Source of the DNA: Spizellomyces punctatus DAOM BR117
Taxonomy: Eukaryota
Direction: 5' to 3' (one strand)
Assembly (NCBI GenBank): GCA_000182565.2
Contig: KQ257452.1
DNA: 64,000 nt
Every line of letters begins with the position of its first letter. Position 1 is the first letter of the stretch. The position numbers and the translations under genes were made by a program. The notes beneath the pieces were generated by a model that did no database searches, was not told where the DNA came from, and saw only the letters and a program-made list of their open reading frames with translations. This document shows, one piece after another, positions 52,761 to 64,000 of this stretch.

Positions 52761-55700
52761 ATGGAAGAGGACGACCTGTACACTTTTGATAAAAAGGTAC
52801 CTTCCATCTGACTTGGTCTGTGATCTTTATTTATATTGAGATGTGTGATCAATGAAAGCCACCGGGATCGAGCCTTTACGGCGCAACATGGACATCCGCC
52901 GGTCGCGGTGTGCCAACCAGTTTTGGAGTACCGCAGACCGCAAGACTGGGAACAGCTAGTAAAGGAGATGGTGGGATGGCTCGGCCAATGACATCTGTGC
53001 GAGCTGCTGGATATTCAAGTCGCGGGCGACCGGGAATGGCTGCTGGACAGGCATTCGATCCGTTTAATCAAGGAGGTACGCAGCACTCTTGTCTTTGATT
53101 GCTGAAGACTTATCTGAGCATAGGAGCAGACGCCTAACTACTCTAACGTAAAGGTAGAACTCCCAGTGCAGGGGGCTACCACAAACTCGAGGAGACACCA
53201 GAAGAACAGATTCGAAACCTCGAGCGCAAAGTGAGTCAACTCATTGAAGAATCAACCATAGCTGCAGCAGAGGGCAATCTCCGCCTAGCTCTCGAAAAAG
53301 CCAAGGATGCTGGAAAGAAGGAACGTCAACTCTCCCGACAACGCGAACAAGCCGAACTTGGTGAACAGATGAATTTGGACTTGACGTACTGCGTGCTGTT
53401 CAATCTTGCGAACCAATACCAAGCAAATCAGATGTACCAGGAAGCCCTCAACACGTTTGCTGTCATTGTGAAGAACAAGCTGTTCAATCAATCAGGACGG
53501 TTGCGGGTCAATATGGGAAATATCTACTTTGCACAGAAGAAGTATTCCCAAGCTGTTAAGATGTATCGAATGGCTTTGGATCAAGTTTCGAACGCAAACA
53601 AAGATATTAGGTATGAATCGCTCCTGGAACTTGATGTCAGCAGCATTGACCAAGCACTTTTCCGCGATAGGTTGAAGATCATGCGAAACATTGGGAACGC
53701 CTTCGTCCGCATGGGCCAATTCCAAGACGCTATTACCTCATTCGAAGCAATTATGGAAGGCAATCCAGATTTTCACGCAGGATTCAACCTCATTTTGTGC
53801 TATTTTGCCCTCGGTGACCGCGACCGAATGAAGAAATGGTTGCAGAGGTTAACTTCTATTCGTCCTACTGCTGTCGAGCAATCTGAGGACTTTGGTGCGT
53901 CGGCAATGGATGAGGCTATTGATGATCACGAAGTCTTCAATGAGGATGAGCTGAGATCTATTGCTAGAAAGAGGTACAAATGGTTGCATTATGGGATGGT
54001 AGGAGGCCACCTCTGACACTGGTATAACTGCAAACAGACAGCAGTCGGCAGAACGCTGCATTGTCCTTGCCGCCAAACTTGTCGCACCCAACATCGAAAA
54101 CACTTTTTCAACCGGTTACGACTGGATCGTCGATACCATCAAAAATTCACCACACTCTGCAATCGCGAGTGAGATTGAGATTGCTAAAGCGATCCAATAT
54201 TTGAAAGCAAAGGATTTCACCAAGGTCTGGGCAGCATTTATTAGTGTCCACTACTGAAGTTCTCTTTGCTGATCATCGCTTCTCAATATACTTCGGGTAG
54301 GCGGTTGAGACCCTGAAAGCTTTCGAAAAGGCCGATCAAAAGATGGTTGGAACAGCAGCTACCAATCTCTCCTTCCTCTACTTCCTCGATGGCGACTACA
54401 AGCAAGCGGAAAAATACGCTGACCTGGCGATCACTACGGATCGGTATAACGCGAAAGCTCAAACCAATCGTGGCAACTGCTATTTTATCAAAGGTATGAA
54501 CGTGTAACGATTTCAGATACCCTAGAAGCTTTCTGACATAAGTGTACTACCAAAAAGAGAATTACGAAAAGGCAAAAGAACATTATCAGGAGGCCGTTAG
54601 TGTTGATGCCGTTTGTACAGAAGCTATGTACAATTTAGGTATGAACTGTCAGATTATATCGTGTCGATACCGAATTCTTTCCACGTTTGCCTCACTCACA
54701 TGATTGCACAATACAGGTATCGTAAATAAGAAACTGGGTAGATATGTAGAAGCTTTACAATGGTTCGAAAAGCTGTACGCAATCTTACGAAATAGTGCGG
54801 AAGTGATATTTCAAATTGCTGACATGTAAAGATTTACGTCGTTTGTCAATTCATCACAACCAACATCTCACGCTTCTTTATCATAGATACGATAAACAAG
54901 GCAATCTCCACCAAGCCATGGAATGGTTCAACATCCTTATCTCCGTGGTTCCTACAGATCCAGGCGTTCTAGCAAGACTAGGGAACATGTTCGTTCGCGA
55001 TGGAGACAAATCTCAAGCATTTCAATACTACTCCGAGTCCTACCGATATTTCCCATCAAGCATGGACGTGATTGCTTGGTTGGGAGCGTATTATGTAGAA
55101 TGTCAAGTGTATGAACAGGCCGTCCAGTTCTTCGAGCGAGCGGCTATGATTCAGCCTACGCAAGTCAAATGGCAGCTCATGATTGCGAGCTGTTACAGGA
55201 GGAGTGGAAACTATCAACAGAGTTTGGAGACCTATAAGCGGATACATGACAAGTTTCCTGACAATGTTGAATGTAGGAACTCCCGGTGATTTAAAGGGAG
55301 CTCGTTCTTCATTTGCCTTTTTCTAACAGTTTCCGGGGATGCCTTCACCCAGGTCTGCGATTCCTGGTGCGAATATGTACCGATCTCGGGATGAAAGACG
55401 TACACGAATACGCCGAGAAATTGGCTAGAGCTGAACGGGCAAAGGAGCGGGCCGAAAGCGCCGAAGCAGAAGGAGTGGACACCACCGCTAGTGGGTCTCG
55501 TGGATCAGTTCATTCAGGACGAATCTCTAGGGTTGCACGGGGAGAGGGAGATCAATCCCAGGCAAATTCAGCAAAATCGAGAAGTGTATCCATCGCAAAA
55601 CCATTTGAGAAGATTGGTACGTTCCATCACAACGTTTGTGGGGTTTATGTGAAAATAAATCATTTGTACATGACCAGATCCCAATCCACCAAAACGACCG

Positions 55701-55842
55701 CAGACCTCAATAGTAAGTCAACGACACGATATTTGGTAGCCGGGTAGCCGAAATCTGACAGATTGCGTACGCGTTATAGGCCAAGAATAGACCGGAAGAA
55801 GATGACTGGCAAGAGGATGTGAATAACTTGTTGCCCGAATAG
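52761..55842 (+). CDS. IFT88: Intraflagellar transport protein 88 (TPR)
   Basis: ARPMTSVRAAGY, ALEKAKDAGKKER, NLDLTYCVLFNLANQY, GRLRVNMGNIYF, MYRMALDQ, ESYRYFP, KWQLMIASCYRRSGNYQ, C-terminal LLPE. Start approximate. Confidence 0.96.
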
Positions 55843-55954
55843 TTAATTACACGTCACGAATATAAGCAGACAACTACAACTGCCTCTTAAGGCAAAAGCC
55901 ATATTATGCATATGCTGATGAATTCGTCATTTTAGTATCAGTACATCCGGTGGT

Positions 55955-57274
55955 TCAGGGTTCCTGACCAGGGAGATTTCCGCCGTCCATCATGTCATTT
56001 GCCATGCGAGCCATGTTCGGATCGCTCATTATGTTTTGCAAGGCCTCAGGGTTTGACATAACTTGTTGCGCCCTAAATTTGTAGTGCAGATATGCATTGA
56101 TAACGATGGCTAACGAGATAATAATTTAATACTCACATTTGGGTAAATGCGGGGTTCGACATCATCTGACTGATGGCTGGGTTTGACATCATTTGGGAGG
56201 CTAGATAAAAACAGAACGGTGTCAGCAGGACATCTGTATGCCTTGACCACTGGGAAAGATAACACGCACCCATCTGCATGAAGTTCGGGTTACTCATCAT
56301 GGAGGCGAAATCAAATCCAGCCCCTGGACGTGGAGCAGCGCCAGTTGAGCGAACAGGTGTGTCCGCATTCAGCTTTTGTTCGGCAGCGTTCAAAGTCTGC
56401 TGCATAGATGTATTCGCAGGGTCCAGCTTAAGTCCCTCTTCACACGCTTCTTTTGCTTCCCTATATTTTCCGAGGCAGAAATATGCTTGTCTACAGAACC
56501 ATACTGCTTAGATGCGCCCAGAAGCGAAAACCATACTCAACAGACGCATCACGTACCCCATACGACTGTATGCTTTACTGTATCCAGGGTCTACTTCTAC
56601 CGCCCGCTTTGCATCCGCTACAGCCTCTTCGAACTTGCTCACCTGACTGTACGCCGCTGCTCTATTTCAATCGATCTATAAGTGCTCTCCGCAGTCATCC
56701 ACCTATGGCACAACTTAACTAAGTACCTGTTTGAATAAAATACTGCATTTTCGCCATCCAACTCAATAGCCTGGCTGTAAAGGTCGATCGCGTCCGCATA
56801 TTTCTTCGCCGCCATTTCCTTATTTCCTGCTACTTTAAGTTCTTCTGCCTTCGCTTTCACATCAACCGCCTGGTACAAAGAGGAGGGTAATCAACGTCTG
56901 GACCAAATCCTCCTTTGTTCAATTTGCAGTTACCTTTGCAGCTGGAACAGGGCTGGGAGCTGCTTTCTGTTGAGAGGCTTTCTGCGTTGCCAAGAATACA
57001 TCAAAGATCTTCGGTAGGTTAGCCGGCTTTATGGAGAACTGGGTTTGTTGGTCCTTGTCGCTCAAGTCAATTTCAAAAGCTTCGCCTATGCATTGGATTG
57101 CAACTATTATGGCCAGTGAAGAAAGCTCAGTCCACAATTCTAGATAATCCCGCCAATTCCAAACATACCCTCAACACCCTCTGCGTCGTCCTGTTTAATA
57201 GTTCCATTCTTGATCGACTCTTGAAGATAATCGCAAATGGCGAAAGCCAATCTCTTTTGTTTGTTGTCAGCCAT
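55955..57274 (-). CDS. SGT2: Small glutamine-rich TPR co-chaperone (GET pathway)
   Basis: MADNKQKRLAFAICDYLQ..EGVEVAIQCIGEAF, AEELKVAGN, NAVFYSNRAAAYS, STI1-like DFASMMSNP. Confidence 0.92.
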
Positions 57275-57587
57275 TGTTGACTATGATGGGTTGCTGGCTG
57301 TCAGTTGGTTGTGGGCGGCCTGCTGTTGTCCTGCTCCAAAAAAGGTTAAATGAGAAGCATGTGATCAAATGCATGGGTTCGTCTCCCAACCTTGCCTTCC
57401 AACTCCTTGCTCATTTGGCCTTTGCCCATCCCCTTTACTCTCCCTGTTGAGGTACGGAAACAAGGCAAAAGAAGAGGTACATCCCAAGGCAGCGCTGACG
57501 CCAAGGGCATCCACCGCGCTTACTAGATCTCACCAACACCTACCGGATCTAGTCACCACATAGAAGGTAGAAAACCGTGACGGAACG

Positions 57588-57833
57588 ATGCAGACCCTCC
57601 CGTTCTTCCTCCCTTTCTCCCCAACATCCCTCCTACCTAGCCAGTTCCAAAACTTTACACCACCATCCTTCTGGGTCATATTTATTTCCATTTTTCTGGG
57701 TTACTTGATTCTTGTCGCGATCCTAGGGTTGCTAAAAGGAGCAGTAAGAGCCGTGTGGCGGGGCATCAAGGTGGCCATTGTTGTCGCAGGCGTTCTGTAC
57801 ATTGCAGGGTTGGTGAGAACGATAGCAGGCTAA
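57588..57833 (+). CDS. Small (81 aa) two-TM hypothetical membrane protein
   Basis: ATG-initiated ORF with two hydrophobic segments separated by an amphipathic basic linker; fills the gap between SGT2 and glgX. Confidence 0.5.
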   Translation: MQTLPFFLPFSPTSLLPSQFQNFTPPSFWVIFISIFLGYLILVAILGLLKGAVRAVWRGIKVAIVVAGVLYIAGLVRTIAG

Positions 57834-57973
57834 TTTAGTTGTGCGCCGTCGCCTTTATGGCCATTTATTGGGAATTGTACATAATTTTGGAGGAATGAAA
57901 TTTATGATATGATAGGTAGCTACACTAAATCATCAATTCAGGAGGTACACTCCTCACTGAGAAAGGTCAGCGG

Positions 57974-60371
57974 TCAGCTTCTCGCAGATACCGGTCCACC
58001 TGTCGTCGATTTTCTTCTCGACAGGCTTGCACCTTCACCCTCAGCACCCTCCCCAACCCGAATCTCAATTGGCTGTTCGGCAATCTCCTCCACAAACTTT
58101 TCAGCTTGCCTGACTACCGAATTGGCATCCGGGTTCTCCTGCTTCAGGGCAAACAGCAGCATACTTCGTCCTGTGACATCATACCAATGTTCAAAATCAA
58201 ATGTTGGGGCACTAAGTAAAGTCGGCTGATTCGTGTCGACGAACAATTGCCAGTCAACTCCACCAACAGCTGGTGGCAGCTTGAACCTGACAACATCATG
58301 ATGCGAATTCAAGATCAACAGAACTGTAACATCGGTTCCAGGTCGTTTGATTCCCGTCGCTTGGGCGCGACCGTCAAACATGATTCCCAAACACTTGCTG
58401 TTGGGATCGGTCCATGCCTCCATGCTCATCTCGTTACCATCAGGATTGAGCCATGTGACATCCTTCACACCTTCGTCTTCATTCCATTCGCCGGTATACC
58501 ACCTATTTCTGCGCAAAACTGGGAACATTTGCCGTAGCCAGATCACTCGCCGCGTAAACTCCATCAAGCACCGCCCGTCGTCCGTGATGCCCTCCCAATC
58601 AACCCAGTTGATCTCGTTATCTTGACAGTAGGTGTTATTATTTCCATTTTGGGTGCGTCCAAACTCATCGCCAGCGAGGAGCATCGGAGTGCCCTGGGAA
58701 AACATCAAGGTGGCTAGGAAGTTACGCTTTGTACGTTCACGGAGTTGGATTATATTTTGGTCCTCTGTTGGTCCTTCTGCCCCATGGTTCCATGAAGCAT
58801 TGTCATTGGCTCCATCGCGGTTGTCCTCCCCATTCGCCCAGTTATGCTTTTCATTGTAAGAGACGAGATCGTTCAAGCAAAAGCCGTCATGTGCGGTAAT
58901 GAAGTTGACCGAAGCCCAAGGCTTGCGGCCACAGCGATTGAACAAGTCGCCAGAGCCGGTCATTCGGGAAGCGAGCTCGGGAAGCTTCCCCAGATCTCCC
59001 TTCCAATACTCACGCAGGGTATCCCGGTAGCGATCGTTCCATTCGGCCCAACCAGGCGCGAAATGCCCAACTTGGTATCCGCCCAACCCGATATCCCAAG
59101 GTTCTGCAATGAGCTTGGCTTTTGAGAGCACCGGATCTTGACGCACACTGTTCAAAAATGCACCGTTCTCGTTGAAGCCGTAGGCTTCTCTCCCCAAGAT
59201 CGTCGCTAAATCAAATCGGAATCCATCAACATGCATCTCCTCTACCCAATATCGTAAGCTGTCAAGGACCAGCTGAATTACTCGCCCGTGAGTAAGATCG
59301 AACGTATTGCCACATCCAGTGTCGTTAACGTAGTAACGATGGTTCTCGTGGTACATCTTGTAGTACGTCTTGTTATCGATACCTTTGAAGCAGAGAGTTG
59401 GCCCCATTTCGTTCCCCTCAGGTGTGTGGTTGTAGACAACATCAAGAATTACTTCGATTCCGGCGTCATGAAAGCGAGCAACCTTTTGCCAGATGAAGAT
59501 ATGTTAGATACTGTGATGACACTTGAAACGACGGTACCCACCATCTCTTTGAATTCCTCAATTCGATTCGACGCTGAATAACGGGGATCGGGTGCAAAGA
59601 ATCCGATGGAATTATAACCCCAATAATTTACAAGATTGTTATCTAAGAGATATTTGTCGTCAATAAAGAAATGTACAGGTAGGAGCTCGACGGAGGTAAC
59701 GCCAAGAGACTTGATGTACTCGATGATGGCAGAATGTCCTAGCCCGGCATAAGTGCCGCGAAGGTGCTCAGGAACAGCAGGGTGACGTTGGCTGAAGCCC
59801 TTTACATGCGTTTCATCTGTTCAGAAAAGAATTAACGGGAGGGAAAAAGTGCAAGCCGGCGCGACAGCATCCTGTCCTTACAGAAAACTGTTTTCTCCCA
59901 TGGGATCTCCGGCCTTCTTTCTCGACCCCAGGTATACGCCGTATCCACCACGCGACACTTTGGCATGTAAGGTGCGCTGTCGCGTTCGTCATACGACAAA
60001 TCTTTATCGGGATGGCCGATCTGATAGCCAAACAGGGAATCATCCCATACAAGCTCTCCGACGAAAGCTTTTGCATATGGGTCGATCACCAACTTGTTTG
60101 GGTTGAATCGATGGCCGTTATGTGGGTCGTACGGACCATACACACGGTAGCCATAGACTGTTCCGGGCCTTGCATCGGGGAGATAACCGTGCCATACTTC
60201 GTCAGTGTATTCTGGGAGTTCTATGCGGTCGACTTCTGTGGATCCGTCTTCAGAGAAGAGGCAAAGCTCTACCTTTGTTGCATGCACAGAGAAGAGGGCG
60301 AAATTGACACCCAGTCCGTCCCATGTCGCGCCGAGGGGAGTTGGAGACCCTTCCTGTATGCGAAGGGGCAT
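57974..60371 (-). CDS. glgX: Bacterial-type glycogen debranching enzyme GlgX / isoamylase (CBM48 + GH13), 757 aa, 2 introns
   Basis: PLGATWDGLGVNFALFS, VWHGYLP..PGTVYGYRVYGPYDP..GHRFNPNKLVIDPYAK, NYWGYN, LDVVYNHT, DGFRFDLA, LIAEPWD, NFITAHDGF, SQGTPMLLAGDE. Removing introns 59817-59881 and 59483-59541 gives a 2274-nt ORF. Confidence 0.96.
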
Positions 60372-61423
60372 CGTACTATTTGTGTCTATGCCGCTGTAAT
60401 AGATCAAATGTGTGCTTTCACTTGTGAGATGGCAAGATGGCAGCTCGTGAAATGAAGCCTTGAAGGAGAGTCAAGCCAGAATCGTCGATTGAAACTACGT
60501 CATACTATGCGTAATGGTCTTTCACGTGTCTGAGATTGCTGACGTAACATTAGCTGTTGACCAAAACCAACTTGATACCAAACTATGCAATGATTCTTTG
60601 TTTCTCGTCAAGACTGTAGACAATCACGCTGCCGAAGCAAAATGCAAGAGGACAAGTCCAAAGTTACTCCTCTACAATAAGTTACAGGCGGTGATTGATC
60701 ATGTTGTCTATATGCCAAAGGTGTTGTGGTCGAATCCACTTCGATCTCATTTGAAAAAAACCAAAGTCAGCTTCGCTGTACCTTTAGCTTTTGCCGGGTG
60801 TCGCTCCTCCTGACTCATGTGCATCTTGGACCAACAGCCATATACTTGTAGTGCATCCCTTGCTATTGAGACCAACCGGTGCGGATACTGTAAATGAATG
60901 CTCCACATCAGCCGTCGAGCTTGCTAACGACGTCTCGCCAAAGGGGACCTCCTCTTCAGTGGCCCTAGCTGTGACCAAAAAGATTACTTCTGCAGTCGCT
61001 ACCTCTCCTGCCTCCCAGACAGACTAAGTATCTCGATGATACGGACGGGGCCATAACAGAATTATTGGAGATCTTAGCCTGGTCCAAGCAGTGGAAACTT
61101 GATAGCTGTAAAAAATCCTTCATGGAACCCAGACGTGCAGCACAATGCCTATTGCTTACAACTGCATATATCTGCATAGAGTACAATAATCCACTACCCA
61201 AAGAAAAGAGTGCAATATCACTGCTCATACGGAAAAACCAGAAGAAGCATCTTCAAGAGTCGATGTAATCACCAGACTGATAACCAATTACCAGTTTACA
61301 CAGCTGCGGACACTATTACGTGATCGCGTCCGCTTGAAATTAACGCATTTCAATGCATTGGCACCAGCTCGACGTCGCTCTTCATTCTGGCATCTCGGTT
61401 TCCTTGATTGTACAATTGCAACC

Positions 61424-62716
61424 ATGTCGTCAACGACGCCGACAAAACCAACCTCCGCAAGTCCACGCAAAGGATCCTCCTCCGCCTCCAGCAAAAAATC
61501 CGTAAAAAAGATCTCACCGCTAGAGGAGAAAGAGTGCGATCCCTCCCTGAATATAATTCCAGAGCCGTCCATGAATGCAATCGCCAACTACATTCGAAGT
61601 AACGGTGTAAAGAGAATTTTGGTTCTAACTGGTGCTGGAATATCAACGAGTGCAGGGATACCAGACTTTCGATCTCCTGGGACGGGATTGTATGTACTTA
61701 ACGCAATTGTGGGAGAAGGGGTTTGATATGGCACTAACGCATGCTGTTCCAGATATGACAATCTAAAGAAATACAGCCTCCCCTACCCAGAAGCCATATT
61801 CGACATCTCCTATTTTCGACGAAAACCCGAACCGTTCTTCACTCTCGCTCGAGAATTATATCCCGGAAGCTTTCGGCCAACCTTGTCACACTACTTTATT
61901 CGTCTTTTGCAGGAGAAAGGAGTCCTGCTACGGAATTTCACGCAAAATATTGATACCTTAGAGCGCGTCGCTGGGATTGCTGAGGATTCGCTGGTAGAGG
62001 CTCATGGATCTTTTGCTACCGCGCATTGTCGAGGAAGGATCGTAACGGCTCCCAAAAGCGAGGATGAGATTGATGCAACTCCTCTTCGTGACAATGAGAC
62101 TGATTCTGAAGATGAGAACGTGCAACTCGACCCAGGGTGTGGAAAGGAATACACGCAGGAGTGGGTAAAAACCAAAATCTTTGCGGGAGAAATTCCCACC
62201 TGTGAAAATTGCTCAGGATTGATAAAACCTGATATCGTCTTCTTTGGCGAATCTCTTCCGGAGCGATTTCACAGACTTATTGCCGCAGATTTTCATAAGT
62301 GCGATCTAGCCATCATCATTGGCACATCCCTCCAGGTCGCCCCATTCTCCCACCTGATCAACATGGTCCCTCCACAGATCCCACGTCTGCTCATCAATCG
62401 TGAGATCGTGGCCGTAGAAGAGTACTCTTCCACCCGTGGGTTTGATTTTGTAGGTGACAGACACAAATATAGACGTGACGCAGTGTTTTTGGGTACATGC
62501 GATGAGGGTTGTGAGAAATTGGCGGAGTTGCTAAATTGGGGAGAAGACCTAAAAGCACTCATAGAGAGGGAGAGCAAGATTTTGCAAAACTTGCAGTCGG
62601 GTGAAGCTGCCAAGAGTATTGCTGAAGCAATCGGAGAGGCTGTAGCTGTGAGCGATGCAAAGGAGGAAGAGGAGTTGATACGGGGAATGGAAAATCTCTT
62701 GAAGGAGAAGGTATGA
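61424..62716 (+). CDS. HST2: NAD-dependent deacetylase, class I sirtuin (Hst2/SIRT2-like)
   Basis: GAGISTSAGIPDFRSPGTGLY, PEAIFD, FTQNIDTLE, EAHGSF, KPDIVFFGE, GTSLQVAPF, PRLLINRE; one intron. Confidence 0.93.
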
Positions 62717-62927
62717 GGGTTGCGAGTTTTGCCCTTTGACACGAGAGTTAATTTAATAAGAATTTGTGCACATGTATCTACCGATGGCGCCCCATGTTTT
62801 CACGACTGTAAATGACCCCAACCAGTAGCTCTAATCCAACATGAATCTATCTAGCCATCCAGAAAATGAAATTCCGCAATAAATATCAACATGGAAATTT
62901 GACCCAAAAAAGCGCCACTATGCAAAG

Positions 62928-64000
62928 CTATGCTACCACCTCCATCAGTTGCTGTGCACCATCGGATTTCGGCTCTTTATTTTTTGGTCTTGTCCTGTGC
63001 ACCTCACAGACAAACCTGGACTTGCTGTTCTTTTCCTCAATTTCCACAGTCGCATCCTGAGCCTTGTTTTCCCCAACCGGGTTCAAAGCACCTCCTGTAA
63101 ATTTACAGCACGCCTTGCAAAGGCCAAAAGCACACTTGACGGATGCGACATTTGCACAAGTTTCGGTGGGGCATATGAGTACCTTGCCCTCTTTGATTCG
63201 GCGGGCTGGGTTGCGAAGTTGTCATTGGCCTAATGTCCGACATTTGATAGAGTGCACTTGGCTTCAATTCGCACCTTTCTTGGACAGATTCTCTGCAGCG
63301 CCGTTGGCTCCAGTACCGCAATCTGCCGACCTCTTCTTCCCACATCCATTCTGAACCACTTCCTTCGACACGGCTTCGGGATCCGTAGATGGCGTCTCCT
63401 CCTCACCACCCGCAGTAACATGAAGAACAGAAGGGGCAATTGGCCCATTTGTGGAACCTTCTGTCGTGCTCGAGAAGAGTTCGGGATCATCACTCTTATC
63501 CTCAGATTTCGTCTCTGCTCCTTTCGCATCTTCCCGAATAGGCCCGTTTGCTTTTTCGTCCACGGACTTACTCTTCAATGTCCCGTCCACCCGGAAGTAG
63601 GGTTGCAAAACCCAGCTTGGAAGCTTGCGAAAGCCGCTCTCGTCAGTTTCAAAGACTTCTGGCTGATACTCTTCTGCGCCACCGGATATGGCCTAGAGAT
63701 ATCCTCAGATTTAACAGCCAGACAATCCATGCATCATGACTGGAATACGTACAATTAATCGGTGTTTCAACTCCCTCACCGAATCAATAAAATCCTCCAA
63801 CTTATTTGCTTTCGCCAACTGTGTACGAATGTCTGTGTGCTCTGACAAGCTTTATATGATGCATAGATGGTAGGCATCAAGTTTAGACATGACTTGCAGT
63901 GCCTAGGAATGATGCAACGAAGAAAATACCATGGTTTGAACATCTTGAAGAGATGCCCACGTATAGCTCCTAAAGGAGCGCTTTTTGGTACGTTCTTACA
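62928..64000 (-). CDS. DUS1: tRNA-dihydrouridine synthase 1-like, 3' part only (gene runs off the window)
   Basis: IRGHLFKMFKP, HTDIRTQLAK, LPSWVLQPYFR, and a spliced Cys-rich tail CPTETCANVASVKCAFGLCKACCK...CEVH. Confidence 0.72.

Noticed and set aside
57974-60371. glgX as bacterial contamination
   Set aside because: Two spliceosomal introns are needed to restore the frame, and the flanking genes are fungal.
63206-63274. In-frame TGA codons in DUS1 as selenocysteine or readthrough
   Set aside because: A GT...AG intron (gtgcga...cccag) removes both stops and keeps the frame (LSKKARRIKEGK).

Overview
Gene-dense, intron-rich eukaryotic DNA (short, mostly ~55-80 nt spliceosomal introns). A fungal chitin-synthase chaperone (CHS7) occurs together with flagellar/centriolar genes (IFT88, DRC10/IQCD, CCDC151/ODAD3, androglobin-like, PPP2R3C), which points to a zoosporic fungus (chytrid; Spizellomyces-like is my guess). 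I reconstructed about 27 protein genes by hand; exon boundaries are from reading splice signals and conserved motifs, not from transcripts. I saw no tRNA, rRNA, CRISPR array or intact transposon. Most notable observations: (1) a bacterial-type GlgX/isoamylase glycogen debranching gene with two spliceosomal introns, a probable domesticated horizontal transfer; (2) a CAO/PAO/VanA-type Rieske oxygenase whose second His cluster ligand is Asp (CAH...CAYD); (3) a mitochondrial-presequence-like in-frame extension of pyrophosphatase with no in-frame AUG; (4) a 6-nt microexon supplying the core of the HxGDWEH motif of a Vps62-like protein; (5) a frame-symmetric IQ-motif exon of DRC10 flanked by two GC-AG introns; (6) an androglobin-like protein lacking the globin/IQ insert; (7) a one-base frameshift in the BAP31 homologue. 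I found no single multi-gene novel system that I can support.
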